From the NCBI GenBank assembly GCA_000708835.1, contig DF237432.1, positions 6,108-70,107 of the forward strand: DNA of 64,000 bases. The letters are read 5' to 3'. This stretch comes from Klebsormidium nitens (taxonomy: Eukaryota; Plantae; Klebsormidiophyceae). The position numbers were made by a program, and so were the translations under genes. The notes below the pieces were generated by a model, which searched no databases, was not told the origin of the DNA, and was given only the letters and a program-made list of their open reading frames with translations. Numbering within the stretch: the stretch's first letter is position 1; the number at the start of each line of letters is the position of its first letter. Below are positions 62,557 to 64,000 of the stretch, piece by piece.

Positions 62557-64000
62557 TTACTGTCGGTGTGAATCTATGTGCGACCTCTCCCGGTTCCTCC
62601 TCCTCCCGCCAACGACCATAAGCGGCAGACCCACCACAATAAAGGCACCCGCTATGCACACAACAACAATAAGTACAATATTGTTGCCCAAGCCCCCTGT
62701 TTTCACCTCAGCGGGGGGCGGCGGCGGCGGGGCTAAGGAGGGGGGAGGCGACGGGATGGCCAACTCGGCCGACAGCACGTAGACGCTGTTCCACGTGGTG
62801 CTCCCCAGATTGCCCAGCGCCATCTTTTGCGCGGTCGCGTTGTAAGTCATGCTGATGTCATTTGGCACCACCGCCCACGTGCAGTTCGCGAAGCTGGCCA
62901 CCTTGTTGAACTGGCCCGGGGTGCAGTTCGTGTACTGGTGCACGGACACGGAGAATGACGTTACCCACCGGTTCCCAACGCCCCGGAACTCGAGCGCGCC
63001 CTTCGCGGGCGCGTACGTGGTGTTGCCGCGCTTCAGGAACAGCAGCCCGGACGCGACCTTCACCGTCACCGTACCGCCGGCCGCGAGCAGCGCGCGCGCG
63101 CGCCGGCGCGCGCCGCCGTCGCCGCCAACTGGGGTCATCTCCCCCGGGAAGTAGGCGGCGAAGGCGCTGATGCTTTCGTCCCCGTCAACCGTCGCCGAGT
63201 AGGCAAACTCGCCGCCAAACTGGACGCTGCCGGCAGCTCCCTGGATCTCCCCGGTCGTGTGAGGGTCCACTTGCTGCGAACTAGAGGGGACCTCGACTTC
63301 CGCGACGCTGTGCAGCTGCAAAACGTAGATGCCGTTCCACTGCGCGGGGGGGATCCCCCCGGTGGCCGCCGTGAGGGTCACCGGGTCGTATTGCGCGTAC
63401 AGGCCGGCCGCGGTGTGCGCCCAGGAGCACGCGCCGAGCGTGCCGTTGACGGCGGCCTGCCACGCGTCAGCAGGAGAGCAGCCCATCGCTTGGAAGCCCT
63501 CGATCATGTACACGAAACCGTCTAGCGCCGGTCCGGTCACCGAAAAGGTGACGGTCCCCTCATGCGGCTCGTAGAAGACGGTGCCGGAATCCGGCGACGC
63601 TTGCGTCAGGCTGAGCGCAAAGCCGTTGACGTACGCATCAATGGAGACGGACGTCCGGGCTGGAGCTGGGAGCGAGGCTTTGCCGAAGGCGACAACGTCG
63701 ATTGTTATGGGGGTCGTCAGTGAAGCGTTTGGGAAAGAGGCCTCTAAGGTGGGGGTAATTGAGCCGACTGTCGCTATTCTGTAGCTCGCCCCCCCATTCT
63801 GCCCATTGCAAAAGGCCTTCGTCAACGGGTCGCACGGAATGGCGGGAGCGAGGGATGGGAGCGGCGCGGGAACAGCGGACGGGGAGGGGGAGGGGCTTAC
63901 GGATGGCGAGGGGCTCGAACTAGGCGAGGGGCTCGAACTAGGGGAGGGCTCAGGGCTTGACGACGGAGAAGGGGTGGGGCTTTTCGATGGGGACGGAGAT
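62557..64000 (-). CDS. 3' part of a type I membrane protein with Ser-Pro stalk and two homologous beta-rich extracellular domains (5' end outside window)
   Basis: Frame open from the window end: SPSPSKSPTPSPSSSPEPSPSSSPSPSSSPSPSVSPSPSPSAVPAPLP...CDPLTKAFC. C-terminal PPPPPP, hydrophobic IVLIVVVCIAGAFIVVGLPLMVVGG, then stop-transfer RRRNRER and a short tail. Confidence 0.85.
   Translation of the reverse strand, partial: SPSPSKSPTPSPSSSPEPSPSSSPSPSSSPSPSVSPSPSPSAVPAPLPSLAPAIPCDPLTKAFCNGQNGGASYRIATVGSITPTLEASFPNASLTTPITIDVVAFGKASLPAPARTSVSIDAYVNGFALSLTQASPDSGTVFYEPHEGTVTFSVTGPALDGFVYMIEGFQAMGCSPADAWQAAVNGTLGACSWAHTAAGLYAQYDPVTLTAATGGIPPAQWNGIYVLQLHSVAEVEVPSSSQQVDPHTTGEIQGAAGSVQFGGEFAYSATVDGDESISAFAAYFPGEMTPVGGDGGARRRARALLAAGGTVTVKVASGLLFLKRGNTTYAPAKGALEFRGVGNRWVTSFSVSVHQYTNCTPGQFNKVASFANCTWAVVPNDISMTYNATAQKMALGNLGSTTWNSVYVLSAELAIPSPPPSLAPPPPPPAEVKTGGLGNNIVLIVVVCIAGAFIVVGLPLMVVGGRRRNRERSHIDSHRQ
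63838..64000 (-). repeat. Coding Ser-Pro repeat with an 18-bp tandem unit
   Basis: ggcgaggggctcgaacta repeated (~63905-63945), encoding SSSPSP units. Confidence 0.85.

Noticed and set aside
1-64000. tRNA, rRNA, snRNA, telomeric arrays, transposase/RT or giant-virus genes
   Set aside because: No diagnostic motifs were seen on either strand by eye; small or degenerate elements could have been missed.

Overview
Intron-rich eukaryotic nuclear DNA with GC3-rich exons and GT-AG introns. The gene content (LIR1, LOG2-type E3, plastid DUF4346, a probable flagellar protein) suggests a streptophyte green alga, Klebsormidium-like; this is inference. I reconstructed ten protein genes by hand from splice sites and phases: a head-to-head inverted pair of 7-exon paralogs encoding unrecognised nuclear proteins (401-5179 minus, 6460-11128 plus); a 6-exon ~215 aa probable flagellar protein; a LOG2/LUL RING E3 ligase; a nitronate monooxygenase-like flavoprotein; a plastid DUF4346 protein divergent from LIR1; a partly resolved plastid membrane protein; an 18-exon URB1 (~2670 aa); and the 3' part of a Ser/Pro-rich type I membrane protein. 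I found no tRNA, rRNA, CRISPR array or intact transposon. Two window-wide patterns stand out. First, many introns contain decaying tandem copies of their own splice junction, i.e. decoy donors and acceptors. Second, CpG is strongly depleted in promoter-proximal introns but abundant in distal introns of the same genes.
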